Below are positions 1-11,514 of a DNA stretch of 64,000 nt, one piece after another (the stretch's first letter is position 1; every line of letters starts with the position of its first letter). The stretch comes from Escherichia coli (lineage in GTDB: Bacteria; Pseudomonadota; Gammaproteobacteria; Enterobacterales; Enterobacteriaceae), in NCBI RefSeq assembly GCF_045037415.1, contig NZ_CP173438.1; one strand, written 5' to 3'. Made by a program: the position numbers and the translations under genes. The notes beneath the pieces were generated by a model. It was not told the DNA's origin. It searched no databases and saw nothing but the letters and a program-made list of their open reading frames with translations.

Positions 1-575
1 CGGACCCAATGCCCGTTAATAAAGCCCTGCAACTCATTGAGATGCTGAATGAACACCACATTCACGGTCTGATGTATGTGGATGATGCGATGGTCTATGA
101 GCACCCGACCGGACATGTCATTCGCACGTCTAACTGGGCGCAAACCCTGCCGCCGGAACAGCGTCCGACTTTCACACAAGTCGCTTCTCTGGCTGAAACG
201 GCGCAACAAGTTAACGCCGTATGGAAGTTCGCCCTGACGCACGATGACCTGCCGCAATTGCAGCATTTTGGTAAGCATGTCGAACATGAACTGGGACTGG
301 AGTGTGAATGGTCCTGGCACGATCAGGTTGATATTGCACGCGGCGGCAACAGCAAAGGTAAACGTTTGACGAAATGGGTTGAGGCGCAAGGCTGGTCGAT
401 GGAAAACGTCGTGGCGTTCGGCGATAACTTCAATGATATTAGTATGCTGGAAGCCGCTGGTACAGGCGTGGCGATGGGCAACGCCGATGACGCAGTAAAA
501 GCGCGCGCCAACATTGTGATTGGTGATAACACCACCGACAGCATTGCCCAGTTCATTTATAGCCACCTGATTTAA
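1..575 (+). CDS. ybhA: Cof-type HAD phosphatase, C-terminal part (gene starts upstream of window)
   Basis: ORF 9..575 runs in frame to the window edge; HAD/Cof-like motifs (GDNFNDISM); convergent with modC as in K-12. Confidence 0.75.
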   Translation, partial: DPMPVNKALQLIEMLNEHHIHGLMYVDDAMVYEHPTGHVIRTSNWAQTLPPEQRPTFTQVASLAETAQQVNAVWKFALTHDDLPQLQHFGKHVEHELGLECEWSWHDQVDIARGGNSKGKRLTKWVEAQGWSMENVVAFGDNFNDISMLEAAGTGVAMGNADDAVKARANIVIGDNTTDSIAQFIYSHLI

Positions 576-1634
576 TCAGGCGGTTATCGACACACTTTTA
601 ATTTGCGCATACAGCCACAGGCCAGGTTTGATCGCCAGTTCATCCCTGGCCCACGGGCTGATACGCGCCCACAGCGTTTTACAGCCGACTTCCAGCTCCA
701 CTTCCACCTGGCCGTTGTCGTCATAACTATTAACAACTTTTGCCCGCAATACGTTACGAATGCTGGTTTGCTGCGGCGGTTGTAAAACCAGTGAGACATC
801 GGAAGCCTGAATGCGGATGCGTAGCGCAGCTTGCAGCGGTTCGTCCAGCTTATTGACCCACAAATGCTGATCGCCCAGCGCCAGCGCGGTCATCGCGTAA
901 TGCGGATGATGCTCAAGTACTGTCACTTTCAGAATGCTACTTTGTTGCTCTTTCGGTAGCCACGGATTCATCACGCTACTACCCCAGACTTCTTCCAGCG
1001 CGCCAAAGGCTTTCACCTGACCGTTTTCCAGTACCATCACTCTGTCTGCCAGATGGAGGATCTCATCCAGCGAATGGCTGACATACAACATCGGAATGTT
1101 GATTTCCCGCGTCAGACGTTGCAGATAAGGCAACAGTTCGCGTTTACGCGGAATATCCAGTGATGCCAGCGGTTCATCCAGCAACAGCAATTCCGGTGCT
1201 GTCAGCAAAGCCCGACCAATCGCCACGCGCTGTTTTTCGCCTCCGGACAGGCTGCCTGGTAAACGATCAAGCAACGGTTCAATGCCTAAAAGCGCCACCA
1301 GCTTATCGAACTGATTGACCATGCTTTTCGCCATGCCGTAGCGCAAATTGCCACGCACTTTATAATGCGGAAACAGCCGCGCATCCTGAAACACATAGCC
1401 TACGCGACGCTTTTCTGGCGTCAGGCAGATACCTTTATCGGCGTCATTTAGTACCCGACCATTGAGGACAATCCGCCCTTTTTGCGGACGTGTCAGCCCA
1501 CTGATGGCGTTAATCAGCGAGGTTTTTCCGGCACCAGAGACACCAAAAATAGCGGTGATGCCATTGGCGGGCAGCGTTTCATTAATCGTCAGGCAATGGT
1601 TGCCCAACGTCTGGGAAAAATTCAGTTCCAGCAT
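576..1634 (-). CDS. modC: molybdate ABC transporter ATP-binding protein
   Basis: 352 aa; Walker [13 protein letters not shown] signature LSGGEKQR, C-terminal TOBE domain; precedes modB/modA. Confidence 0.95.
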   Translation of the reverse strand: MLELNFSQTLGNHCLTINETLPANGITAIFGVSGAGKTSLINAISGLTRPQKGRIVLNGRVLNDADKGICLTPEKRRVGYVFQDARLFPHYKVRGNLRYGMAKSMVNQFDKLVALLGIEPLLDRLPGSLSGGEKQRVAIGRALLTAPELLLLDEPLASLDIPRKRELLPYLQRLTREINIPMLYVSHSLDEILHLADRVMVLENGQVKAFGALEEVWGSSVMNPWLPKEQQSSILKVTVLEHHPHYAMTALALGDQHLWVNKLDEPLQAALRIRIQASDVSLVLQPPQQTSIRNVLRAKVVNSYDDNGQVEVELEVGCKTLWARISPWARDELAIKPGLWLYAQIKSVSITA

Positions 1635-1636
1635 GA

Positions 1637-2326
1637 TTAGCGCCCCGCCCGCTCACGGCTGATTCTGGCCAGCCATTCTGAAATCAACAGGGAGATCATC
1701 GCCAGCGCAATAGAAATAATACACAGTCTCGCCGCGCCACTTTCCCCGCCAGGGGTCTGGATCAGGGTATACATGGCAGAAGGAATGGTCCGCGTTTCAC
1801 CAGGAATGTTCGACACAAAGGTGATGGTTGCGCCAAATTCACCGAGCGAACGAGCGAATGCCAGTACCGTACCAACAATAATTCCCGGTAAGGTCAGCGG
1901 TAACGTGATAGTAAAGAAAACGCGCCAGCGCCCGGCCCCCAGTGTTCTTGCGGCCTGCTCCAGTTTGATATCAACACCTTCCAGCGCCAGACGAATCGCC
2001 CGCACCATCAGCGGAAAAGACATGACAGCGGCAGCGAGAACCGCACCACGCCAGCTAAACGCGAAAGAAAGACCAAACCAGTCATACAGACGTTCACCGA
2101 TAAATCCGCGCCGTCCCATCGAAACTAATAATAGGTAACCGACGACCACGGGCGGTAACACCAGCGGTAGATGCAGTACGCTGTCGAGCAGAGCTTTGCC
2201 CGGAAACGTGCAACGTACCAGTAACCAGGCAAAAAAGATCCCAAACGGCAGGCTAAACAGCACAGCCAGGGAAGAAACTTTCAGGCTTAATAAAACTGCC
2301 TGCCATTCTGGATCGGTCAGTATCAT
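1637..2326 (-). CDS. modB: molybdate ABC transporter permease
   Basis: 229 aa polytopic membrane protein; 1-nt overlap with modA stop, typical modABC organisation. Confidence 0.95.
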   Translation of the reverse strand: MILTDPEWQAVLLSLKVSSLAVLFSLPFGIFFAWLLVRCTFPGKALLDSVLHLPLVLPPVVVGYLLLVSMGRRGFIGERLYDWFGLSFAFSWRGAVLAAAVMSFPLMVRAIRLALEGVDIKLEQAARTLGAGRWRVFFTITLPLTLPGIIVGTVLAFARSLGEFGATITFVSNIPGETRTIPSAMYTLIQTPGGESGAARLCIISIALAMISLLISEWLARISRERAGR

Positions 2327-3099
2327 TACTTGGTTGTAAATCCGTAACGTTTAAAGATTTCCGCAGCCTGCGGCCCCTTCAGATAATCATAAAATGCTTT
2401 CACTGTCGCATTGTTATGCCCTTCCACAACAGCAACCGGATATTCCACTTTTTTATGTGAATCTTCCGGGAAGGTGGCAACCACTTTTACCCCTTTGCTG
2501 GCAACTGCGTCAGAACCGTAAACAATACCCAGCGGCGCTTCATTGCGTTCGACCAACGCCAGCGCGCCACGAACATCTTCCGCCGGAGCCAGTTTCGGGG
2601 AAAGCGTATCCCATGCGCCCAGTTTTTGCAGTGCTTCTTTCGCATAAATGCCAGCAGGGACATGTTCCGGATCACCAACCGCGAGGCGACCGCCATTCAG
2701 CAGCGAAGTCCAGTTGGTTTTGCTGTCGATGGTGAAATCTTTCTGCTCGCTGGCTTTCGGTGCTACAACGACCAGGCTATTGCCGAGCAGTGTCTGGCGC
2801 GAAGCCGTATCGATCGCTTTTTTATCAACCGCATAATCCATCCATTTCTGATCGGCAGAAATAAACAGATCCGCAGGCGCACCCGCTTCAATCTGACGGG
2901 CCAAAGTAGATGACGAAGCGAAAGAAGAAACCACATCCACGCCTTTCTCTTTTTTATACTGCGTAGCAATGTCCTGCATTGCGTTAGTCAGTGATGCGGC
3001 GGCGAACACCGTGATTTTCCCTTCATCTGCCAGTGCATTGCCAGCAACAGCGAAAGAGAGTGCCGCCCCGGTAAACAAGTTCAACCATTTACGAGCCAT
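2326..3099 (-). CDS. modA: molybdate periplasmic binding protein
   Basis: 257 aa with signal peptide; first gene of modABC. Confidence 0.95.
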   Translation of the reverse strand: MARKWLNLFTGAALSFAVAGNALADEGKITVFAAASLTNAMQDIATQYKKEKGVDVVSSFASSSTLARQIEAGAPADLFISADQKWMDYAVDKKAIDTASRQTLLGNSLVVVAPKASEQKDFTIDSKTNWTSLLNGGRLAVGDPEHVPAGIYAKEALQKLGAWDTLSPKLAPAEDVRGALALVERNEAPLGIVYGSDAVASKGVKVVATFPEDSHKKVEYPVAVVEGHNNATVKAFYDYLKGPQAAEIFKRYGFTTK

Positions 3100-3118
3100 T
3101 GGTAACCCCTTAATCTAA

Positions 3119-3142
3119 CGTTATGTAGGCGTCAATATAACG
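3119..3142 (-). promoter_or_regulatory. ModE operator of the modA promoter
   Basis: minus-strand sequence CGTTATATTGACGCCTACATAACG about 20 bp upstream of the modA start; matches recalled ModE site. Confidence 0.5.
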
Positions 3143-3265
3143 GCAAGTTCGGAATTTTCCCAGCAGTTATTGCTAACCTTTGTGAGGTAGATGAGAAAAA
3201 ATATCGGCAGAAAAAGCAGGAAGTTGAGAAAAAGAAAATGCCCGACTAAGCGGGCATTCAGGGAA

Positions 3266-3433
<168 letters not shown>

Positions 3434-3543
3434 TCATGAGACTATTCTAACCGCTAAGCACAGAAAAGCACTCCCCTTTTGTGCGGTCAGCTTTGCGTGG
3501 CGTTCGTTTTCCGTCACAATAAGACTTTTGCCAGGACATTGTT

Positions 3544-4332
3544 ATGCAGGCCGAAATCCTTCTCACCCTTAAGCTCCAACAAAAATTATTCGCCGACCCG
3601 CGCCGCATTTCGCTACTAAAACACATTGCGCTTTCCGGTTCCATTAGCCAGGGAGCGAAAGATGCCGGTATCAGCTATAAAAGCGCCTGGGATGCCATTA
3701 ACGAGATGAATCAGTTAAGTGAGCATATTCTGGTTGAGCGCGCAACAGGCGGTAAAGGTGGAGGCGGCGCAGTACTGACCCGCTATGGTCAGCGACTGAT
3801 TCAACTCTATGACTTACTGGCGCAAATCCAGCAAAAAGCCTTTGATGTGTTAAGTGACGATGACGCCCTGCCGCTGAACAGCCTGCTGGCCGCGATCTCA
3901 CGTTTTTCACTGCAAACCAGCGCCCGTAACCAGTGGTTCGGTACCATCACCGCTCGCGATCATGATGACGTTCAACAGCATGTTGATGTCTTACTGGCTG
4001 ATGGAAAAACACGCCTGAAAGTCGCAATTACCGCACAAAGCGGCGCGCGTCTGGGGCTGGATGAAGGCAAAGAAGTGTTGATATTGCTAAAAGCGCCGTG
4101 GGTAGGTATTACTCAGGACGAGGCGGTCGCGCAAAACGCTGACAACCAATTACCGGGTATTATTAGTCATATTGAGCGCGGCGCAGAGCAGTGCGAAGTA
4201 TTAATGGCGCTACCCGACGGGCAAACACTGTGCGCCACAGTGCCGGTAAATGAAGCGACTTCTCTTCAGCAAGGGCAGAATGTCACGGCCTACTTTAATG
4301 CCGACAGCGTGATTATCGCCACGCTGTGCTAA
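3544..4332 (+). CDS. modE: molybdate-responsive transcriptional regulator
   Basis: 262 aa; N-terminal HTH and C-terminal Mop/TOBE domains; divergent from modABC. Confidence 0.95.
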   Translation: MQAEILLTLKLQQKLFADPRRISLLKHIALSGSISQGAKDAGISYKSAWDAINEMNQLSEHILVERATGGKGGGGAVLTRYGQRLIQLYDLLAQIQQKAFDVLSDDDALPLNSLLAAISRFSLQTSARNQWFGTITARDHDDVQQHVDVLLADGKTRLKVAITAQSGARLGLDEGKEVLILLKAPWVGITQDEAVAQNADNQLPGIISHIERGAEQCEVLMALPDGQTLCATVPVNEATSLQQGQNVTAYFNADSVIIATLC

Positions 4333-4399
4333 GCGTGTTGACAATTTGTTATGAAACACGTATCCCTGTCAGTAATCGCTGCACAAAATGGGATATAAA

Positions 4400-5872
4400 A
4401 TGTCATCGTTGCAAATTTTGCAAGGCACGTTTCGTCTTGGCGACACAAAAACGCTGCAATTGCCTCGGCTAACGTTAAACGCGGGTGATAGTTGGGCGTT
4501 TGTCGGTTCGAATGGAAGCGGGAAATCGGCGCTGGCCCGCGCGCTGTCGGGGGAACTTCCGCTTTTGAAAGGTGAACGGCAAAGCCAGTTTTCCCACATC
4601 ACTCGTCTCTCCTTCGAGCAATTGCAAAAGCTCGTCAGCGACGAATGGCAGCGGAATAACACCGATATGCTTAGTCCTGGCGAAGATGACACCGGGCGTA
4701 CCACGGCTGAGATCATTCAGGATGAAGTAAAGGATACTTCGCGTTGCATGCAACTGGCGCAGCAGTTCGGTATTACCGCCCTCCTCGACCGACGCTTTAA
4801 ATACCTTTCCACTGGCGAGACGCGAAAAACCCTGCTGTGTCAGGCGCTGATGTCGGAGCCTGACTTGTTGATCCTTGATGAACCGTTTGATGGCCTGGAT
4901 GTTGCCTCACGTCAGCATCTGGCTGAGCTACTCGCCTCGTTACATCAGTCCGGTATTACTCTGGTACTGGTGCTCAATCGCTTCGATGAGATCCCGGAAT
5001 TTGTCCAGTTTGCTGGCGTGCTGGCGGATTGCACGTTAGCGGAAACTGGCGCTAAAGAAGAACTGCTCCAACAAGCACTCGTTGCGCAACTGGCGCATAG
5101 CGAACTGCTTGAAGGTGTGCAAATGCCGGAGCCGGATGAACCTTCAGCACGTCACGCCTTACCCGCCAACGAACCGCGCATTGTGCTGAACAATGGCGTG
5201 GTTTCTTATAACGAACGCCCCATCCTTAATAACCTTAGCTGGCAGGTGAATCCAGGCGAACACTGGCAAATTGTCGGGCCAAATGGCGCGGGAAAATCGA
5301 CGTTATTAAGCCTGATTACTGGCGATCATCCGCAAGGTTACAGCAACGATTTGACGCTTTTCGGACGACGTCGCGGCAGCGGCGAAACCATCTGGGATAT
5401 CAAAAAGCATATCGGTTACGTCAGCAGTAGTTTGCATCTGGATTACCGGGTCAGCACTACTGTGCGTAATGTGATTCTTTCTGGCTATTTTGATTCGATT
5501 GGCATTTATCAGGCCGTTTCGGATCGCCAGCAAAAACTGGTGCAGCAGTGGCTGGATATTCTCGGCATTGATAAACGCACGGCTGACGCTCCTTTCCATA
5601 GTCTTTCCTGGGGACAGCAGCGTCTGGCGCTGATTGTCCGCGCACTGGTGAAACATCCGACGTTGCTTATTCTCGATGAACCACTACAGGGGCTTGATCC
5701 GCTCAATCGCCAGCTTATCCGCCGTTTTGTTGATGTGCTGATTAGCGAAGGTGAAACGCAATTGTTGTTTGTTTCGCACCACGCTGAAGATGCGCCTGCC
5801 TGTATTACCCATCGTCTTGAGTTCGTGCCGGACGGTGGACTCTATCGCTATGTGCTGACAAAAATAAATTGA
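4400..5872 (+). CDS. modF: ABC-type ATPase with two nucleotide-binding domains
   Basis: two Walker A motifs (GSNGSGKS, GPNGAGKS); start set at MSSLQIL (GGGA RBS) rather than the ORF-track ATG at 4388. Confidence 0.9.
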   Translation: MSSLQILQGTFRLGDTKTLQLPRLTLNAGDSWAFVGSNGSGKSALARALSGELPLLKGERQSQFSHITRLSFEQLQKLVSDEWQRNNTDMLSPGEDDTGRTTAEIIQDEVKDTSRCMQLAQQFGITALLDRRFKYLSTGETRKTLLCQALMSEPDLLILDEPFDGLDVASRQHLAELLASLHQSGITLVLVLNRFDEIPEFVQFAGVLADCTLAETGAKEELLQQALVAQLAHSELLEGVQMPEPDEPSARHALPANEPRIVLNNGVVSYNERPILNNLSWQVNPGEHWQIVGPNGAGKSTLLSLITGDHPQGYSNDLTLFGRRRGSGETIWDIKKHIGYVSSSLHLDYRVSTTVRNVILSGYFDSIGIYQAVSDRQQKLVQQWLDILGIDKRTADAPFHSLSWGQQRLALIVRALVKHPTLLILDEPLQGLDPLNRQLIRRFVDVLISEGETQLLFVSHHAEDAPACITHRLEFVPDGGLYRYVLTKIN

Positions 5873-6040
5873 GTCGGTAATGCTGACCGTGCCGGAGGCG
5901 GCGTAAACGTGTTATCCGGCCAACGGTTTGACGCATCCAGGCATGAAACCGCGTCTTTTTTTTCAGATAAAAAGCGCAATCATTCATAAAGCCGCTGTTT
6001 TATAATCACTTAATCGCGCATAAAAAACGGCTAAATTCCT

Positions 6041-6056
6041 GTGTAAACGATTCCAC
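6041..6056 (+). promoter_or_regulatory. gal operator OE (GalR/GalS)
   Basis: GTGTAAACGATTCCAC upstream of the gal promoter region ttatgctatggttatttcataccat. Confidence 0.7.
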
Positions 6057-6134
6057 TAATTTATTCCATGTCACACTTTTCGCATCTTTGTTATGCTATG
6101 GTTATTTCATACCATAAGCCTAATGGAGCGAATT

Positions 6135-7151
6135 ATGAGAGTTCTGGTTACCGGTGGTAGCGGTTACATTGGAAGTCATACCTGTGTGCAATTACTGCAA
6201 AACGGTCATGATGTCATCATTCTTGATAACCTCTGTAACAGTAAGCGCAGCGTACTGCCTGTTATCGAGCGTTTAGGCGGCAAACATCCAACGTTTGTTG
6301 AAGGCGATATCCGTAACGAAGCGTTGATGACCGAGATCCTGCACGATCACGCTATCGACACCGTGATCCACTTCGCCGGGCTGAAAGCCGTTGGCGAATC
6401 GGTACAAAAACCGCTTGAATATTACGACAACAATGTCAACGGTACTCTGCGCCTGATTAGCGCCATGCGCGCCGCTAACGTCAAAAACTTTATCTTTAGC
6501 TCCTCCGCCACCGTTTATGGCGATCAGCCCAAAATTCCATATGTTGAAAGCTTCCCGACCGGCACACCGCAAAGTCCTTACGGCAAAAGCAAGCTGATGG
6601 TGGAACAGATCCTTACCGATCTGCAAAAAGCCCAACCGGACTGGAGCATTGCCCTGCTGCGCTACTTCAACCCGGTTGGCGCGCATCCGTCGGGTGATAT
6701 GGGCGAAGATCCGCAAGGCATTCCGAATAACCTGATGCCGTACATTGCCCAGGTTGCTGTAGGCCGTCGCGACTCACTGGCGATTTTTGGTAACGATTAT
6801 CCGACCGAAGACGGCACTGGCGTGCGCGATTACATCCACGTAATGGATCTGGCAGATGGTCACGTCGTGGCGATGGAAAAACTGGCGAACAAGCCAGGCG
6901 TACACATCTACAACCTCGGCGCAGGCGTAGGCAGCAGCGTGCTGGACGTAGTTAATGCCTTCAGTAAAGCCTGCGGCAAACCGGTTAACTATCATTTTGC
7001 ACCACGTCGCGCGGGCGACCTTCCGGCCTACTGGGCGGACGCCAGCAAAGCCGACCGTGAACTGAACTGGCGCGTAACGCGCACACTCGATGAAATGGCG
7101 CAGGACACCTGGCACTGGCAGTCACGCCATCCACAGGGATATCCCGATTAA
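6135..7151 (+). CDS. galE: UDP-glucose 4-epimerase
   Basis: 338 aa; Rossmann GGSGYIGSH and YGKSK active-site motif; start at MRVLVTGG. Confidence 0.97.
   Translation: MRVLVTGGSGYIGSHTCVQLLQNGHDVIILDNLCNSKRSVLPVIERLGGKHPTFVEGDIRNEALMTEILHDHAIDTVIHFAGLKAVGESVQKPLEYYDNNVNGTLRLISAMRAANVKNFIFSSSATVYGDQPKIPYVESFPTGTPQSPYGKSKLMVEQILTDLQKAQPDWSIALLRYFNPVGAHPSGDMGEDPQGIPNNLMPYIAQVAVGRRDSLAIFGNDYPTEDGTGVRDYIHVMDLADGHVVAMEKLANKPGVHIYNLGAGVGSSVLDVVNAFSKACGKPVNYHFAPRRAGDLPAYWADASKADRELNWRVTRTLDEMAQDTWHWQSRHPQGYPD
6154..6169 (+). promoter_or_regulatory. gal internal operator OI
   Basis: GTGGTAGCGGTTACAT inside the 5' end of galE. Confidence 0.6.
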
Positions 7152-7160
7152 GGAACGACC

Positions 7161-8207
7161 ATGACGCAATTTAATCCCGTTGATCATCCACATCGCCGCT
7201 ACAACCCGCTCACCGGGCAATGGATTCTGGTTTCACCGCACCGCGCTAAGCGCCCCTGGCAGGGGGCGCAGGAAACGCCAGCCAAACAGGTGTTACCTGC
7301 GCACGATCCAGATTGCTTCCTCTGCGCAGGTAATGTGCGGGTGACAGGCGATAAAAACCCCGATTACACCGGGACTTACGTTTTCACTAATGACTTTGCG
7401 GCCTTGATGTCTGACACGCCAGATGCGCCAGAAAGCAACGATCCTTTGATGCGTTGCCAGAGCGCGCGCGGTACCAGCCGGGTGATCTGCTTTTCACCGG
7501 ATCACAGTAAAACGCTGCCAGAACTGAGCGTTGCGGCATTGACGGAAATCGTCAAAACCTGGCAGGAGCAAACCGCAGAACTGGGGAAAACATACCCGTG
7601 GGTGCAGGTCTTTGAAAACAAAGGCGCGGCGATGGGCTGCTCTAACCCGCATCCGCACGGACAGATTTGGGCAAATAGCTTCCTGCCTAACGAAGCTGAG
7701 CGCGAAGACCGTCTGCAAAAAGAATATTTCGCCGGGCAGAAATCACCAATGCTGGTGGATTATGTTCAGCGCGAGCTGGCAGACGGTAGCCGTACCGTTG
7801 TCGAAACCGAACACTGGTTAGCCGTCGTGCCTTACTGGGCTGCCTGGCCGTTCGAAACGCTACTGCTGCCCAAAGCCCACGTTTTACGGATCACCGATTT
7901 GACCGACGCCCAGCGCAGCGATTTGGCTCTGGCGTTGAAAAAGCTGACCAGTCGTTATGACAACCTCTTCCAGTGCTCCTTCCCCTACTCTATGGGCTGG
8001 CACGGCGCGCCATTTAATGGCGAAGAGAATCAACACTGGCAGCTGCACGCGCACTTTTATCCGCCTCTGTTGCGCTCTGCCACCGTACGTAAATTTATGG
8101 TTGGTTATGAAATGCTGGCAGAAACCCAGCGAGACCTGACCGCAGAACAGGCCGCAGAGCGTTTGCGCGCAGTCAGCGATATCCATTTTCGCGAATCCGG
8201 AGTGTAA
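7161..8207 (+). CDS. galT: galactose-1-phosphate uridylyltransferase
   Basis: 348 aa; HPHGQ active-site motif. Confidence 0.97.
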   Translation: MTQFNPVDHPHRRYNPLTGQWILVSPHRAKRPWQGAQETPAKQVLPAHDPDCFLCAGNVRVTGDKNPDYTGTYVFTNDFAALMSDTPDAPESNDPLMRCQSARGTSRVICFSPDHSKTLPELSVAALTEIVKTWQEQTAELGKTYPWVQVFENKGAAMGCSNPHPHGQIWANSFLPNEAEREDRLQKEYFAGQKSPMLVDYVQRELADGSRTVVETEHWLAVVPYWAAWPFETLLLPKAHVLRITDLTDAQRSDLALALKKLTSRYDNLFQCSFPYSMGWHGAPFNGEENQHWQLHAHFYPPLLRSATVRKFMVGYEMLAETQRDLTAEQAAERLRAVSDIHFRESGV

Positions 8208-8210
8208 GAA

Positions 8211-9359
8211 ATGAGTCTGAAAGAAAAAACACAATCTCTGTTTGCCAACGCATTTGGCTACCCTGCCACTCACACCATTCAGGCGCCTGGCCGCGTGAAT
8301 TTGATTGGTGAACACACCGACTACAACGACGGTTTCGTTCTGCCCTGCGCGATTGATTATCAAACCGTGATCAGCTGTGCGCCACGCGATGACCGTAAAG
8401 TTCGCGTAATGGCAGCCGATTATGAAAATCAGCTCGACGAGTTTTCCCTCGATGCGCCCATTGTCGCGCATGAAAACTATCAATGGGCGAACTACGTTCG
8501 TGGCGTGGTGAAACATCTGCAACTGCGTAACAACAGCTTCGGCGGTGTGGACATGGTGATCAGCGGCAATGTGCCGCAGGGTGCAGGGTTAAGTTCTTCC
8601 GCTTCACTGGAAGTCGCGGTCGGAACCGTATTGCAGCAGCTTTATCATCTGCCGCTGGACGGCGCACAAATCGCGCTTAACGGTCAGGAAGCAGAAAACC
8701 AGTTTGTAGGCTGTAACTGTGGAATCATGGATCAACTGATTTCCGCGCTCGGCAAGAAAGATCATGCCTTGCTGATCGATTGCCGCTCACTGGGGACCAA
8801 AGCTGTTTCCATGCCGAAAGGCGTGGCTGTCGTCATCATCAACAGTAACTTCAAACGTACCCTGGTTGGCAGCGAATACAACACCCGTCGTGAACAGTGC
8901 GAAACCGGTGCGCGTTTCTTCCAGCAGCCAGCTCTGCGCGATGTCACCATTGAAGAGTTCAACGCTGTTGCACATGAACTGGACCCGATCGTCGCGAAAC
9001 GCGTGCGTCACATCCTGACTGAAAACGCCCGCACCGTTGAAGCTGCCAGCGCGCTGGAGCAAGGCGACCTGAAACGTATGGGCGAGTTGATGGCGGAGTC
9101 TCATGCCTCTATGCGCGATGATTTCGAAATCACCGTACCGCAAATTGACACTCTGGTAGAAATCGTCAAAGCTGTGATTGGCGACAAAGGTGGCGTACGC
9201 ATGACCGGCGGCGGATTTGGTGGCTGTATCGTCGCGTTGATCCCGGAAGAACTGGTGCCTGCCGTACAGCAAGCTGTCGCTGAACAATATGAAGCAAAAA
9301 CAGGTATTAAAGAGACTTTTTACGTTTGTAAACCATCACAAGGAGCAGGACAGTGCTGA
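8211..9359 (+). CDS. galK: galactokinase
   Basis: 382 aa; GHMP kinase motifs ([11 protein letters not shown]). Confidence 0.97.
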
Positions 9360-10393
9360 ACGAAACTCCCGCACTGGCACCCGATGGTCAGCCGTACCGA
9401 CTGTTAACTTTGCGTAACAACGCAGGGATGGTAGTCACGCTGATGGACTGGGGTGCGACTTTACTTTCCGCCCGTATTCCGCTTTCCGATGGCAGCGTCC
9501 GCGAGGCGCTGCTTGGCTGCGCCAGCCCGGAATGCTATCAGGATCAGGCCGCATTTCTGGGGGCCTCTATTGGTCGTTATGCCAACCGCATCGCCAATAG
9601 CCGTTATACCTTTGACGGTGAAACCGTGACGCTTTCACCAAGTCAGGGCGTCAACCAATTGCATGGCGGCCCGGAAGGGTTCGACAAACGTCGCTGGCAG
9701 ATTGTGAACCAGAACGATCGTCAGGTGCTGTTTGCCCTGAGTTCAGATGATGGCGATCAGGGCTTCCCGGGTAATCTCGGCGCGACGGTGCAATATCGTC
9801 TGACCGACGATAACCGTATCTCCATTACTTATCGCGCCACAGTTGATAAACCTTGCCCGGTGAATATGACTAATCACGTCTATTTCAATCTTGACGGCGA
9901 GCAGTCTGACGTGCGCAATCATAAGTTGCAGATTCTGGCGGAAGAATATCTGCCGGTTGATGAAGGCGGCATTCCGCACGACGGCCTGAAATCTGTCGCC
10001 GGAACCTCTTTTGATTTCCGCAACGCCAAAATCATCGCCAGTGAGTTTCTTGCCGACGACGATCAGCGCAAAGTGAAAGGTTACGATCACGCGTTCTTGT
10101 TACAGGCCAAAGGCGATGGCAAGAAAGTGGCGGCGCATGTCTGGTCAGCAGATGAAAAATTGCAGCTGAAGGTCTACACCACCGCTCCGGCTCTGCAATT
10201 CTACTCCGGCAACTTCCTCGGCGGCACACCGTCGCGGGGAACCGAACCTTACGCTGACTGGCAAGGGCTGGCTCTGGAAAGCGAATTTCTGCCGGACAGC
10301 CCGAACCACCCTGAATGGCCGCAACCGGACTGCTTCCTGCGTCCTGGCGAAGAGTATTCCAGCCTGACGGAATATCAGTTTATTGCTCAGTAA
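9353..10393 (+). CDS. galM: aldose 1-epimerase (galactose mutarotase)
   Basis: 346 aa; last gene of galETKM, overlaps galK stop. Confidence 0.95.
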
Positions 10394-10546
10394 TGTTAAG
10401 CCCTCGTCATGAGGGCTTTATCCTCATATTGTTCAAATCACCAGCAAACACCGACATATTTGCAACTCAATATTCACAACAACCTTACACTGCGACACTA
10501 TTTTCGCTATGGTTATGCGTAAGCATTGCTGTTGCTTCGTCACGGC

Positions 10547-10570
10547 AATATAATGAGAATTATTATCATT
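10547..10570 (+). promoter_or_regulatory. candidate Fur box overlapping the gpmA -10 region
   Basis: AATATAATGAGAATTATTATCATT resembles the GATAATGATAATCATTATC consensus; gpmA is recalled as Fur-regulated. Confidence 0.35.
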
Positions 10571-10595
10571 AAAAGATGATTTGAGGAGTAAGTAT

Positions 10596-11348
10596 ATGGC
10601 TGTAACTAAGCTGGTTCTGGTTCGTCATGGCGAAAGTCAGTGGAACAAAGAAAACCGTTTCACCGGTTGGTACGACGTGGATCTGTCTGAGAAAGGCGTA
10701 AGCGAAGCAAAAGCAGCAGGTAAGCTGCTGAAAGAGGAAGGTTACAGCTTTGACTTTGCTTACACCTCTGTGCTGAAACGCGCTATTCATACCCTGTGGA
10801 ATGTGCTGGACGAACTGGATCAGGCATGGCTGCCCGTTGAGAAATCCTGGAAACTGAACGAACGTCACTACGGTGCATTGCAGGGTCTGAACAAAGCGGA
10901 AACCGCTGAAAAGTATGGCGACGAGCAGGTGAAACAGTGGCGTCGTGGTTTTGCGGTGACTCCGCCGGAACTGACTAAAGATGATGAGCGTTATCCGGGT
11001 CACGATCCGCGTTACGCGAAACTGAGCGAGAAAGAGCTGCCACTGACGGAAAGCCTGGCGCTGACCATTGACCGCGTGATCCCTTACTGGAATGAAACCA
11101 TTCTGCCGCGTATGAAGAGCGGTGAGCGCGTCATCATCGCCGCACACGGTAACTCGTTACGTGCGCTGGTGAAATATCTCGATAACATGAGCGAAGAAGA
11201 GATTCTTGAGCTGAATATCCCGACCGGCGTGCCGCTGGTTTATGAGTTTGACGAGAACTTCAAACCGCTGAAACGCTATTATCTGGGTAATGCTGACGAG
11301 ATCGCGGCGAAAGCAGCGGCGGTTGCTAACCAGGGTAAAGCGAAGTAA
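10596..11348 (+). CDS. gpmA: 2,3-bisphosphoglycerate-dependent phosphoglycerate mutase
   Basis: 250 aa; catalytic RHGESQWN motif; start at [12 protein letters not shown]. Confidence 0.97.
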
Positions 11349-11370
11349 ACGTCATTCGCTTAAAAATGAG

Positions 11371-11403
11371 AAAGCCGACTGCAAAATGAGTCGGCTTTTT
11401 TAT
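11371..11403 (+). terminator. rho-independent terminator of gpmA
   Basis: stem AGCCGACT / AGTCGGCT followed by a T-run. Confidence 0.7.
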
Positions 11404-11430
11404 TTTTCGTTGCTACCAATGGAGCGCATT

Positions 11431-11468
11431 GCCTGATGCGACGCTGCGCGTTTTATCAGGCCTACGGT
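11431..11468. repeat. REP element
   Basis: GCCTGATGCGACGCTGCGCGTTTTATCAGGCCTACGG between convergent gpmA and aroG. Confidence 0.7.
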
Positions 11469-11514
11469 GATTAATCGGATACGCCACTCTGACAGCGCAT
11501 CCGACAATTAAACT

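Noticed and set aside
5873-5990. Possible modF terminator or REP element
   Set aside because: A T8 run at about 5955 is preceded by only a weak, long-loop stem; not convincing enough to annotate.
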